Notes under the pieces: generated by a model
The model's input: only the letters and a program-made list of their open reading frames with translations
Databases searched by the model: none
Told to the model about the DNA's origin: nothing
Source: Anaerolineaceae bacterium
Lineage (GTDB): Bacteria > Chloroflexota > Anaerolineae > Anaerolineales > Anaerolineaceae
Length of the DNA: 64,000 nucleotides
Direction: 5' to 3'
NCBI GenBank assembly: GCA_012839565.1
Contig: DUMZ01000007.1
Span: 110,939-174,938, forward strand
Shown here: positions 47,203 through 58,853 of the stretch, piece by piece
Numbering within the stretch: the first letter of the stretch is position 1
Layout: each line of letters opens with the position of its first letter
Position numbers and translations under genes: made by a program

Positions 47203-48381
47203 ATGGCAACTATTTGGACCATTGTTCAATTCGTGTTTGTATTCGGATTGATTATTTTTGTACACGAACTTGGCCATTATTTAATGGCAGTTATTTTAGG
47301 CATTCCCGTCGCGGAGTTTGGTTTTGGCTACCCGCCGAAGCTCATCAGACTGTTCAGATGGCGTGGCACGGACTTCACCCTGAACGCCATTCCCTTCGGT
47401 GGCTTTGTGCGCTTTGAAGAAGAAGTGCCCATTGATGAAACCGAAGAATTATCAGCTAAAGCGATTGTCGTCGAAACACCATGTGGCGAACCTGATGTCA
47501 TCATCGAACCCGAAACCCAGGAGGCAAAAACCAAAACGGTCGACTCGGGTATCATCGGTGGCATCACCCAGGCACCAAAATGGAAGCGTTTTCTCATTTT
47601 GGTCGCTGGCCCCACGATGAACTTCATTTTGGGCATCATCGTGCTGGTTATCATGTTCAACGCCATCGGCAGTCCGGACCCCACGCGCGTTATCATCGCC
47701 GATATCGCGCCCAATTCACCTGCCGCCCAGGCTGGACTTGAAGTTAAAGACCTTGTTAAAACTATTAATGGCGTCAAGATTGACAGCAATGAGGCATTGA
47801 GCAATCAAGTTCAAGCTAATCTAGGTAAAGAAATTGAGATTGTGGTTCTGCGCGAATCGCAAGAATTTACCACGCATCTTATCCCACGCGAAAACCCGCC
47901 CGAAGGCGAAGGCGCGATCGGCATCATCATGGATAACCCCAAATTGCCCGCCAAATTTGGCGACACACTCAAAAGCGCTTTTGGTACTTTTTGGAATCAA
48001 GTCAAAACCACGCTGACCTTGCCCATTCAACTCATTCAGGGTGTTGTCCAGCCCGAAGAAGCCCGCATCGTCGGTATCAAAGGCATTTATGACATGTTCG
48101 CCTATGCCGAAGAAGCCGACCAAATCATTGACAACGACCTGCCTATCATGCGCCTTTCACTGCTTTCCATTGTCAGCATCGCCGTAGGCATCACCAACCT
48201 GCTGCCCATCCCCGCACTGGATGGCGGGCAAATACTCTTCCTGCTCATTGAAACCATCACACGCAAGAAGATGCCGGAACGTGTTGCCAACGCCATCAAC
48301 ACGGTTTTCTTCTTTCTTTTAATCGCTTTGATGATTTTCATCACCTTCAGGGACTTTATCAATCCTATCCAGCTGCACTAA
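47203..48381 (+). CDS. rseP: RseP-type site-2 metalloprotease (M50) with PDZ domain
   Basis: HELGHY zinc motif in TM1. PDZ segment SPAAQAGLEVKDLV. NLLPIPALDGG motif. Confidence 0.85.
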   Translation: MATIWTIVQFVFVFGLIIFVHELGHYLMAVILGIPVAEFGFGYPPKLIRLFRWRGTDFTLNAIPFGGFVRFEEEVPIDETEELSAKAIVVETPCGEPDVIIEPETQEAKTKTVDSGIIGGITQAPKWKRFLILVAGPTMNFILGIIVLVIMFNAIGSPDPTRVIIADIAPNSPAAQAGLEVKDLVKTINGVKIDSNEALSNQVQANLGKEIEIVVLRESQEFTTHLIPRENPPEGEGAIGIIMDNPKLPAKFGDTLKSAFGTFWNQVKTTLTLPIQLIQGVVQPEEARIVGIKGIYDMFAYAEEADQIIDNDLPIMRLSLLSIVSIAVGITNLLPIPALDGGQILFLLIETITRKKMPERVANAINTVFFFLLIALMIFITFRDFINPIQLH

Positions 48382-48390
48382 GGAGAGATT

Positions 48391-49521
48391 ATGGCAACGA
48401 TTATGCCCATCGATAAACTGATTAGCAAATTACGCGAAGACAAAATCCCATTTTCGAACAAATTTCTGCATCACTTTTCGGATCTTGATTCACCCAGTTT
48501 GAATAAATTGCGCGAAGTCTGGTTTTCTTTTCCCGTTGAACGTCGTCGGGCATTAATTATCGGCATGGCGGAACTCGCCGAAGATGACCCTTTACAGCTT
48601 TTTGAATCCGCTGGCAAACTGGGGCTTGACGATACCGATGACGACGTGGTCGTGGCAGCCATTGACCTGCTCTTTGAAGCTGATGACAAACGTTTGATTA
48701 AACGCTATTTGACTTTCCTGAGAGATAATTCGCGCAAAGAAAACCTGCGCGCGGCAGCTGCCAACGCCCTGGTGCCTTACTTTTACAAATGCGCGCTCAA
48801 CGAACTTGATGCCACCATCCAGGCCGAAATCGAAAACGCTTTGATATTTGCCTACGAACATGACCGCTCCGACTTGGTCCGTCGGCGTGTCCTGGAAACA
48901 CTGGGTTACAGTGAAAAACCCGTGCTTAAAGAGATGATTTTGCGCGCTTTGGCCATGGAACAGGTCTACTGGACCGAAAGCGCCCTGCTTGCCATCGGTC
49001 GCACCATGAACCACGAATGGGATTCAACCGTGCTGGAATATTTCAGTGACGAAAACCCCATTATTCTCGCTCAAGCCGTGCATGCCGCGGGTCTGCTGGG
49101 CATCTACAGCGCCCGCCGTCCTTTGTTTAGGATGCTCAACCTTGACACCGATTATGACGTGCGCCAGGAAGTCATTTGGGCGCTATCGCAAATCGGTGGT
49201 GATGAAGTCATCGAACGCCTTGAGCATTTCGCCAACATTACAGATGACGAAGACGAAATTGAACTCATTGAAGATTCCATTGAGTATCTTGAACTCTTCG
49301 GTACCGACGACCCCGAACTCGCTGCTTTGCTTAACGAATCGCACTTTGGGTCTGACGACGACGACAATGACTTTGACAGCGATGACGATGATGACTTCTT
49401 CAAAATCCCCATGGATATGGAAGAATGGGAACGCTACGTAAACGATGATGATTTTGACGATGAAGAAGATGAATTTTCCGCTGAATTTGACGATGACGAG
49501 GATGACGAAGATATTTATTAA
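48391..49521 (+). CDS. HEAT-repeat protein with extremely acidic C-terminal tail
   Basis: Helical repeats and a final ~80 aa dominated by D/E. The start lies 10 nt after the rseP stop. Confidence 0.5.
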   Translation: MATIMPIDKLISKLREDKIPFSNKFLHHFSDLDSPSLNKLREVWFSFPVERRRALIIGMAELAEDDPLQLFESAGKLGLDDTDDDVVVAAIDLLFEADDKRLIKRYLTFLRDNSRKENLRAAAANALVPYFYKCALNELDATIQAEIENALIFAYEHDRSDLVRRRVLETLGYSEKPVLKEMILRALAMEQVYWTESALLAIGRTMNHEWDSTVLEYFSDENPIILAQAVHAAGLLGIYSARRPLFRMLNLDTDYDVRQEVIWALSQIGGDEVIERLEHFANITDDEDEIELIEDSIEYLELFGTDDPELAALLNESHFGSDDDDNDFDSDDDDDFFKIPMDMEEWERYVNDDDFDDEEDEFSAEFDDDEDDEDIY

Positions 49522-49541
49522 TATCTAACTATTTAGAAAAC

Positions 49542-49577
49542 AAACAGCCTGACTAATTTGACTATCAGGCTGTTTTT
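49542..49577 (+). terminator. Rho-independent terminator
   Basis: AAACAGCCTGA-12 nt-TCAGGCTGTTTTTGTTT. Confidence 0.7.
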
Positions 49578-49809
49578 GTTTATTTGCCAGGAAAAAACTC
49601 AATTCTATCCTGGTATACAAAAAACACTGCTCATCCCAGCATCCCGTCACAGGTAAAAAAGAATGTTCGCGGAGGCGTCTTCGCCGACGCTATTAAACAC
49701 TTTGGTTAAATTCTATTCTGCTCAGCGAGACGCCGGCAGGAGAATCTAAAAACAATTACAAAATCGATAATTAACCAAACAAGGTTTTATTTAGCGGAGA
49801 AAAAAACCA

Positions 49810-51855
<2,046 letters not shown>

Positions 51856-51861
51856 GGTTCA

Positions 51862-51867
51862 ATTATA
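51862..51867 (-). promoter_or_regulatory. -10 box TATAAT 6 nt upstream of the uvrB ATG (leaderless candidate)
   Basis: Minus strand reads ACTATAAT-tgaacc-ATG, with no SD. Confidence 0.35.
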
Positions 51868-52001
51868 GTCCATGCCTAACCGTCTATCCTAATATGCATC
51901 ATGTCCTGATATGAACAAAATCTAAAGATAAAAGAAATTGATGTGAATAAAACAGAGGTTTTAGAGTATGATTAGAACCAAGTTGAAAAAATGGAGAAAT
52001 A

Positions 52002-53081
52002 ATGAGCGAAGATAAAAAAGTACGTGTGGCGATTATCGGCGCGGGGAACTGCGCCTCTTCACTAGTGCAAGGCCTTTATTACTATCAAAATGCCAAAGAC
52101 GATGAACAAGTGCCCGGCTTGATGCACGTCAATTTGGGTGGCTATCACATCAGCGACATTGAAATCGTTGCCGCTTTTGACGTTGTTGAAGGCAAGGTCG
52201 GCAAAGACCTTAGCGAAGCGCTGTTTGCTTACCCCAACAACACCTACAAATTTTGCGATATCCCTTTCATGAACGTGCCGGTGCATCGGGGTATGACCCA
52301 CGATGGACTTGGCAAATACCTGAGCCAAATCGTCCATAAAGCCCCCGGCCCAACCGACGACGTGGTTGGCATTCTCAAAGAAACCCAGGTGGATATGCTC
52401 ATCAACTACCTGCCTGTCGGTTCCGAAATGGCAACTAAATGGTACATGGAACAAGCCCTGCGCGCCGGCGTGGGCGTTATCAACTGCGTGCCGGTCTTCA
52501 TCGCCAGCTCGCCCTACTGGTCAGTGCGTTTTCGTGAAGCTGGTTTACCCATCATCGGCGACGACATCAAAAGCCAGGTTGGCGCCACCATTACCCACCG
52601 TGTTCTAACCAGTCTTTTTGTTGACCGCGGTGTGCGCCTTGACCACACCTACCAACTCAATTTTGGGGGCAATACCGACTTTATGAACATGCTCGAACGT
52701 GACCGCCTGGAAAGCAAGAAAATCAGCAAAACCGGTGCGGTTACCAGCATGCTGCCCTACAAACTCGATGAAGACGACATCCACGTGGGTCCATCCGATT
52801 ACGTGCCCTGGCTTAAAGACCGCAAGTACTGTTACATCGCCATGGAAGGTACCACCTTTGGCAACGTGCCCCTCAAGGCGGAAGTTAAACTCGAAGTCTG
52901 GGACGCGCCTAACTCTGCCGGCGTGGTTATTGACGCCATCCGCTGCCTGAAACTCGCCAAAGACCGTGGCATCGGAGGTCCTATCCTTGCGCCCAGCAGC
53001 TATTTCATGAAAACCCCACCCGAACAATACAAAGACGAACTCGCCCGCGAACTTACCGAAGCTTTCATCTGTGGCGAGTAG
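52002..53081 (+). CDS. ino1: myo-Inositol-1-phosphate synthase
   Basis: [23 protein letters not shown]-terminus and bacterial/archaeal MIPS size (359 aa). Confidence 0.9.
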   Translation: MSEDKKVRVAIIGAGNCASSLVQGLYYYQNAKDDEQVPGLMHVNLGGYHISDIEIVAAFDVVEGKVGKDLSEALFAYPNNTYKFCDIPFMNVPVHRGMTHDGLGKYLSQIVHKAPGPTDDVVGILKETQVDMLINYLPVGSEMATKWYMEQALRAGVGVINCVPVFIASSPYWSVRFREAGLPIIGDDIKSQVGATITHRVLTSLFVDRGVRLDHTYQLNFGGNTDFMNMLERDRLESKKISKTGAVTSMLPYKLDEDDIHVGPSDYVPWLKDRKYCYIAMEGTTFGNVPLKAEVKLEVWDAPNSAGVVIDAIRCLKLAKDRGIGGPILAPSSYFMKTPPEQYKDELARELTEAFICGE

Positions 53082-53113
53082 AAAATTAGCGTTAAATAAC
53101 CGAAATAAATGTC

Positions 53114-53139
53114 AAAGGTCCGTTATAGCGGACCTTTTT
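53114..53139 (+). terminator. Rho-independent terminator after ino1
   Basis: AAAGGTCCG-ttatag-CGGACCTTTTT. Confidence 0.75.
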
Positions 53140-53312
53140 GATTTTCAACAGCTGGCAGAAATGGCAATTAACATCCCTATACTAAAGGATTAACTTACAC
53201 CTGCCAGACATATGCAATAATGATTGAAGTTATAAACTCTTTACAATCAAATCAACTTAAATATATCCATCAAGGGTAAAATTGATGCATCTCACAAAAA
53301 AAGGAGCGCATT

Positions 53313-54680
53313 ATGGATTCATCCATCATCACCCCTCAAGACCCTGTTCAGCCATCTTTAACACCTGAACAAGAAAAGAAGAAAAAGAAAGCCATCTGGG
53401 CCTGGACCATGTACGACTGGGGCAACTCAGCTTTTGCTACCACCATCATGGCTGCCATTCTTCCTGTTTATTTCGCTCAATATATTATGCTCGGCGAATC
53501 CGCTGTACCCATTTGGGGCTGGGCAGTCGCCATCGGCAGTCTGATTGCCGCTGTTTCCAGTCCGGTACTGGGTGCCATCGCCGACTTTAGAGGCTCAAAG
53601 AAGACCTTCATGGCCTTTTTCGTCGCCTTGGGTGTACTTAGCACTGCCGCAATGTTCTTCCTAACCGGCCCCCAACATCAAACTTTAACCATTGTTCTGT
53701 ACATTGTGGGTACAGTTGGTTTCGCCGGCTCGCTTGTCTTCTACGACGCACTCCTGCCCCACATCGCCGACGAAGACGAACTCGACGCCGTCTCCAGCAA
53801 GGGCTACGCTATGGGTTACATCGGCGGTGGATTGTTGCTTGCCATCAATGTGGCAATGATTTTCCTTGGCCCCAAGCTGATGCCAAACACCCCCGCGGAT
53901 GAAGTAACCCAACTAATGATGCGCCTTAGCATGGCCAGTGTCGCTATTTGGTGGGCAGTCTTCTCTATCCCGGTTTTCAAATATGTGAAGGAACCTCCCG
54001 CCAAAGCCTACGAACACGAAATCGGCGAAGACGTGATTAAAGTCGGGTTTGGACGCTTTTTCTCTGCTTTTGGAAACATCCGCAAGTTCAAAGACCTGGC
54101 CTGGTTCATGCTGACCTTCTTCGTCTACTCCAACGGTATCGGCACCATTATCACCATGGCCACTATCATCGGCACCGCGCGTGGCTTTAGCGCTATCACG
54201 CTGATTGGCACCCTGTTGATGGTGCAATTTGTCGCCGCGCCATTCTCCATTCTCTTTGGCAAACTGGCCGAAAAACTGGGTCAAAAACTCACCATCACCA
54301 TCAGCCTGATTATTTACCTGCTTATCGCGACAATCGGCTATTTCATGAGTAAGGAATGGCATTTTTACGCGCTCGGTTTCGCGGTTGCCATGGTACAAGG
54401 TGGCTCACAGGCCATCAGCCGTTCGTTGGTTGGCAAACTCATGCCAGCCAGTAAAAGTGCTGAATTTTACGGATTCTTTAGCGTCTTTGAGAAATTCAAC
54501 ACCGTGGTTGGCCCCGCTCTGCTGGCAGTAATCACCAAACTCACTGGATCCGACCGCTATGGCATCATCTCCCTGGTCGTATTCTTCCTGGCTGGCATCA
54601 TCATGTTGCAATTCGTCAACATTGAACGTGGCGTAAAAGTCGCTGAAGCTGAAGACAAATTGTTAGTGCAACTTGATTAA
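53313..54680 (+). CDS. MFS transporter, UMF1/Atg22-like family
   Basis: WAWTMYDWGNSAFATTIMAAILPVYF signature N-terminus and 12 TM helices. Confidence 0.8.
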   Translation: MDSSIITPQDPVQPSLTPEQEKKKKKAIWAWTMYDWGNSAFATTIMAAILPVYFAQYIMLGESAVPIWGWAVAIGSLIAAVSSPVLGAIADFRGSKKTFMAFFVALGVLSTAAMFFLTGPQHQTLTIVLYIVGTVGFAGSLVFYDALLPHIADEDELDAVSSKGYAMGYIGGGLLLAINVAMIFLGPKLMPNTPADEVTQLMMRLSMASVAIWWAVFSIPVFKYVKEPPAKAYEHEIGEDVIKVGFGRFFSAFGNIRKFKDLAWFMLTFFVYSNGIGTIITMATIIGTARGFSAITLIGTLLMVQFVAAPFSILFGKLAEKLGQKLTITISLIIYLLIATIGYFMSKEWHFYALGFAVAMVQGGSQAISRSLVGKLMPASKSAEFYGFFSVFEKFNTVVGPALLAVITKLTGSDRYGIISLVVFFLAGIIMLQFVNIERGVKVAEAEDKLLVQLD

Positions 54681-54708
54681 GTTAGGACTATAATTAATAA
54701 AAATATTC

Positions 54709-55794
54709 GTGCCGGAGGCATGTAAAAAAGTGAAAGCATTTCGCGTTGCAGTTCTTGCAAACATTAAGACAAACGCGCCCGTTTTTGAGGGCATGAGCGA
54801 AGATCAATGGGATGATCTCGACTCCGAATCAACCGTTGAATCCCTGTGTAACGCCATTCGTGAAGGTGGCCACGAAGCGCAATTTTTAGAAGCCGACGAA
54901 ACCATCATCGACTCCATCCGCCACTACCAACCCGATATTTGTTTCAATATAGCTGAGAGTCACTTCGGAGATTCGCGGGAGGCTCAAATTCCTGCCATTC
55001 TCGAGAAATTGCGCATCCCTTACACAGGCTCAAAGGTTTTATCGCTCGCCCTCACTTTGGACAAGCCCATGACCAAACGCATTCTCGCCTGGCACGGACT
55101 GCCAACACCAGAATTTCAGGTTTTTGAACGCGTTGATGAACCCCTAGACGAAGGCTTAAGATTCCCGCTTTTTGTCAAACCTAGTCGCGAAGGTACCGGT
55201 ATGGGCATCAGCGGTAAATCGGTGGTGCACGATGAACGCGAACTGCGTCAACAGCTTGAAATAAGTCTCAGCAAATACAAGCAGCCCGCTTTGGTTGAAC
55301 GTTTCATCAAAGGCCGCGAAGTAACCGTTGGTTTGGTGGGTAATCTGATCGGCCCCGTTGCCTGGCGCGTTCCGCGTAATGAAAACGCGCGTCGTATTCA
55401 AGCTGGCTTGAACTTTTTGCCACCCATGGAAGTCAACCTTGACCCCACAATGACCATTGAAGGGGTTTATGGCAACTATCTTAAAACCGCCCTGGCAGAC
55501 CAGCTGGAATACTTATGCCCCGCGCCACTTACCGAAGACCAAATCGACGAACTCAACTGGCTTGCCGCCGCGGTCTTTCGTGTAACCGGTTGTTTGGATG
55601 TATCGCGCATTGATTTCCGCCTGGATATCGAGGATAATCTCAAACCCTACATCCTTGAAATCAACCCCTTGCCTGGCCTAATGCCCAAGCTTTCCGACAT
55701 CGTCATCGAAGCTGAAGCGGATGGCATCAGCCACACCGAGTTGGTCAATATGATTCTCAATGCCGCGCTCAAGCGCTATGGCATGATAGAATAA
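54709..55794 (+). CDS. ATP-grasp ligase, D-Ala-D-Ala-ligase-like but non-canonical
   Basis: ATP-grasp core (FPLFVKPSREGTGMGIS ... ILEINPLPGL). It lacks the canonical Ddl N-terminal GGxSxEHxVS motif. The start is ambiguous: GTG 54709 or GTG 54730 (GGAGG 11 nt upstream). Confidence 0.7.
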   Translation: MPEACKKVKAFRVAVLANIKTNAPVFEGMSEDQWDDLDSESTVESLCNAIREGGHEAQFLEADETIIDSIRHYQPDICFNIAESHFGDSREAQIPAILEKLRIPYTGSKVLSLALTLDKPMTKRILAWHGLPTPEFQVFERVDEPLDEGLRFPLFVKPSREGTGMGISGKSVVHDERELRQQLEISLSKYKQPALVERFIKGREVTVGLVGNLIGPVAWRVPRNENARRIQAGLNFLPPMEVNLDPTMTIEGVYGNYLKTALADQLEYLCPAPLTEDQIDELNWLAAAVFRVTGCLDVSRIDFRLDIEDNLKPYILEINPLPGLMPKLSDIVIEAEADGISHTELVNMILNAALKRYGMIE

Positions 55795-55797
55795 AGT

Positions 55798-56280
55798 ATG
55801 AACATTACCGGACATTTCGCAACTCACGCAGATTTAGACAAACTTGTTCAAGGGCGGATTGACTTCAATGCCGCCCTTGGCACACCCGCGCCAGCATCGC
55901 GCCTGGATGAAATCAGACGCGATATTCACGCGTTTTATCAAACGCGCTTGGGGCAAGACATCCATTGTTATTTGGTCGAAGTCGATGGTGAAGTCGCCGC
56001 GATAGGCTTTTTGCAGGCGCATGTTGTCGCCTACCACCCTGGCTGCCCCACACAACGTTTCGCGCGTATTACCAACATGCTGTGCTATGAGAAATATCGC
56101 CGGCGTGGTTTCGCGCGCCAGACGATGGAAGCTCTCATCGCCCTTGCCAAAGATATGGATTTTGACTACATCACCCTTGACGCGTCCGTGATGGGTCGCC
56201 ACCTTTACGAAAGCCTGGGCTTTGTTGACTATGTTCCCGTCGACCCGCCCATGCATCTGCGTCTGCGACCGAAAGATTAG
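55798..56280 (+). CDS. GNAT family N-acetyltransferase
   Basis: YRRRGFARQTMEAL...GRHLYESLGF. The ATG lies 4 nt after the ATP-grasp stop. Confidence 0.75.
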   Translation: MNITGHFATHADLDKLVQGRIDFNAALGTPAPASRLDEIRRDIHAFYQTRLGQDIHCYLVEVDGEVAAIGFLQAHVVAYHPGCPTQRFARITNMLCYEKYRRRGFARQTMEALIALAKDMDFDYITLDASVMGRHLYESLGFVDYVPVDPPMHLRLRPKD

Positions 56281-56298
56281 CGCGTCATTCGTTTACTG

Positions 56299-56330
56299 GT
56301 ACATGGCACAGATGCCATGCACTTTTTTTT
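56299..56330 (+). terminator. Rho-independent terminator
   Basis: GTACATGGCA-caga-TGCCATGCACTTTTTTTT. Confidence 0.75.
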
Positions 56331-56346
56331 ACATTAAAACACCAGG

Positions 56347-56385
56347 CAAAACACAAACCGCCTTGGTTGCCCAAAGCGGTTTGTT
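56347..56385 (-). terminator. Terminator after pnp
   Basis: Minus strand reads ACAAACCGC-14 nt-GCGGTTTGTGTTTT. Confidence 0.6.
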
Positions 56386-56409
56386 CTTTTAACTAGTTAC
56401 GGTTACGGT

Positions 56410-58665
56410 TTATCGTCTGTTACGACTATCGCCACCGGAGCGGTCGCGACGGTCACCACCAGAGCGACCACCACTACTGCGGCGATCACCACCGGAGCGT
56501 CCACCTGGTCGTGAACCACCACGCGGGCGGGAGCCACCTGGCTTATCGCGTTCGCGGGCTTCTTCAACTGTCCAGCCTTCCAAAAGGGCCTGGCGCGAAA
56601 GACGAATCTTGCCGTCTGAGGCGATATCAATCACCATCACCGTAAGGTCATCGCCAACGTTCACCACATCTTCAACCTTGTCAACGCGTTCTGTGCTGAG
56701 CTGGCTGATATGCACCATGCCATCGACACCGGGCAAAATTTCAATGAATGCGCCAAAATCGGTCACGCGCACACATTTACCGGTGTAAATGCGTCCAATC
56801 TCAGCTGTTTCGGTCATTGCCAAAATGCGTTCGCGCGCTTCGTAGAAACCTTCACCATCAACAGCAGCGATGTAAACGGTACCGTCATCATCGATGTCAA
56901 TTTTCGTGTTGGTTTCTTCTTGCAAAGCACGAATGTTCTTACCAGCTGGCCCAATAATCGCGCCAATTTTATCAACTGGCACCTTAATGGTCTCAATACG
57001 TGGAACGTGGGATTTCAATTCAGGGCGTGGTTCAGCAATGACTTTATCCATTTGGTCCAGGATATACATACGGGCATCCCTGGCACGTCTCAAAGCTTCA
57101 GCCATGATTTCGGGCGTGATACCAGCAATTTTGATATCCATTTGCAAAGCGGTAATGCCATCGCGCGTACCGGCAACCTTGAAGTCCATATCGCCGAGGT
57201 GATCTTCAGTACCGAGAATATCGGTGAGAATCACGTAACGCTCGCCTTCCATAATGAGACCCATCGCCACGCCGGAAACCGCCGCGCTTACGGGGACACC
57301 ACTGTCCATTAATGCCAGGCTTGAACCACAAACCGAGGCCATTGAACTCGAACCGTTTGATTCCAAGACTTCCGAAACCAAACGAATGGTGTAAGGAAAG
57401 TCCTTTTCGTTAGGCAAAACCGGTTCCAGCGCGCGTTCAGCAAGAGCGCCATGGCCGATTTCACGTCGTGACTGTCCACCTACACGTTTGGTTTCGCCAG
57501 TAGCGTAAGGTGGGAAATTGTAATGATGCATATAGCGTTTGCTGTCCATACCGTTAAGGTTGTCCAACTCCTGCGCTTCTTTGGGTGTGCCCAAAGTGGC
57601 CAGGGTGAGCACCTGTGTTTCGCCACGGGTAAACAAACCCGAGCCATGCGCGCGGGGCGAAATATCCGTTTCAACGCTGATATCGCGCACTTCATAGACC
57701 TTGCGGTTGTCAGGGCGTTTGCCTTCGAACAGAATACGGTCACGCACAATCATGCGCTGGGCTTCGTCAAATGCCTTGCCATATCTGCTGAGTTCAGCAG
57801 GGTCAGGCTCTTCGCCCAAGGTTTCAAGCAGATATTCAGCTTTAATTTGATCCATTCCTTCATAAAGGTTGGACTTAAGATAAGGCTGGTCTAAAAGCGC
57901 GGTAACGCGTGCTTTAACAGCAGATTTTACCTGGGCAATCAGTTCTGTATCGCTGGCTGCAAGACTCACTTCGCGCTTGGCTTTGCCAATTTCGCGTGCC
58001 ATGCGTTCCTGAACGGCGATGACGTCCTGGATGCTCTCATGTGCCAGTTGCAAAGCTTCTGCCATGAGGTCTTCAGAAATTTCATTTGAGCCAGCTTCGA
58101 CCATCAAGATAGCTTCTTTACTGCCAGCCACACGCAAATCAAGTTCGGATATTTCCATTTCCTGCATGGTCGGGTTGGCAATCAGTTCACCATCCACATA
58201 AGCGATACGCACTGCGCCAACTGGTCCAGCCCAGGGCACATCTGAAATCATCAGTGCGGCGGAGGCGGCATTGATGGCAAGCATATCCAGGGGATTTTCG
58301 TTATCTGCGGAAAGTGACATCAAGATAACCTGCACCTCATTGCGCATTCCATCGGGGAAGAGCGGGCGCAAGGGACGGTCAGTTAAGCGCGCGACCAAAG
58401 TAGCTTCGGTGCTGGGGCGCCCTTCGCGGCGGAAGAACGAACCTGGGATTTTGCCTCCGGCATACATACGTTCTTCATAATCAACGGTCAGCGGGAAGAA
58501 ATCCACGCCTTCACGCACATTGCCAAGTGTCGCGGCAGCAAACATCATGCTGTCGCCCTGGCGTACAACAATCGAACCACCCGCCTGGCGAGCCAAACGG
58601 CCGGTTTCGAAGCTAAGTTCTTTGCCACCAAGCGTGGCTGTATAGAGAATTGCTTCTGGTTTCAT
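56410..58665 (-). CDS. pnp: Polyribonucleotide nucleotidyltransferase (PNPase) with Arg/Gly-rich C-terminal tail
   Basis: Two RNase PH domains, KH and S1 domains. 751 aa. AAGGAAA SD. Confidence 0.95.
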   Translation of the reverse strand: MKPEAILYTATLGGKELSFETGRLARQAGGSIVVRQGDSMMFAAATLGNVREGVDFFPLTVDYEERMYAGGKIPGSFFRREGRPSTEATLVARLTDRPLRPLFPDGMRNEVQVILMSLSADNENPLDMLAINAASAALMISDVPWAGPVGAVRIAYVDGELIANPTMQEMEISELDLRVAGSKEAILMVEAGSNEISEDLMAEALQLAHESIQDVIAVQERMAREIGKAKREVSLAASDTELIAQVKSAVKARVTALLDQPYLKSNLYEGMDQIKAEYLLETLGEEPDPAELSRYGKAFDEAQRMIVRDRILFEGKRPDNRKVYEVRDISVETDISPRAHGSGLFTRGETQVLTLATLGTPKEAQELDNLNGMDSKRYMHHYNFPPYATGETKRVGGQSRREIGHGALAERALEPVLPNEKDFPYTIRLVSEVLESNGSSSMASVCGSSLALMDSGVPVSAAVSGVAMGLIMEGERYVILTDILGTEDHLGDMDFKVAGTRDGITALQMDIKIAGITPEIMAEALRRARDARMYILDQMDKVIAEPRPELKSHVPRIETIKVPVDKIGAIIGPAGKNIRALQEETNTKIDIDDDGTVYIAAVDGEGFYEARERILAMTETAEIGRIYTGKCVRVTDFGAFIEILPGVDGMVHISQLSTERVDKVEDVVNVGDDLTVMVIDIASDGKIRLSRQALLEGWTVEEARERDKPGGSRPRGGSRPGGRSGGDRRSSGGRSGGDRRDRSGGDSRNRR

Positions 58666-58774
58666 ATTTTCCTTTCACTGTTAGCCAGTGCAGGAACTGA
58701 AATTTAAAGGTCAAACAATTTGCCCGCTAAATTTCAATACCCGACTGGCTTGATAATTTTTATTGATACCACAA

Positions 58775-58828
58775 CAGAGCACGCACTGACATTACTCTTA
58801 CTTACATTCTGTGTCAGGGCGTGCGCTG
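58775..58828 (-). promoter_or_regulatory. Long imperfect hairpin in the rpsO-pnp intergenic leader
   Basis: 17-position stem with 15 pairs and a 20-nt loop. Confidence 0.45.
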
Positions 58829-58853
58829 TAACGGGTATCATTTGACAACGATA

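Noticed and set aside
51974-51986. LexA/SOS-box-like AGAACCAAGTTGA upstream of uvrB/ino1
   Set aside because: It does not fit GAAC-N4-GTTC, because the second half-site is TTGA/GTTG. It lies closer to the ino1 start than to the uvrB promoter. No similar element occurs upstream of dinG.
56410-56560. Imperfect tandem DNA repeats at the 3' end of pnp, considered as a possible repeat array
   Set aside because: They are in frame and simply encode the RGG-like tail. There is no spacer/repeat periodicity of the CRISPR type.
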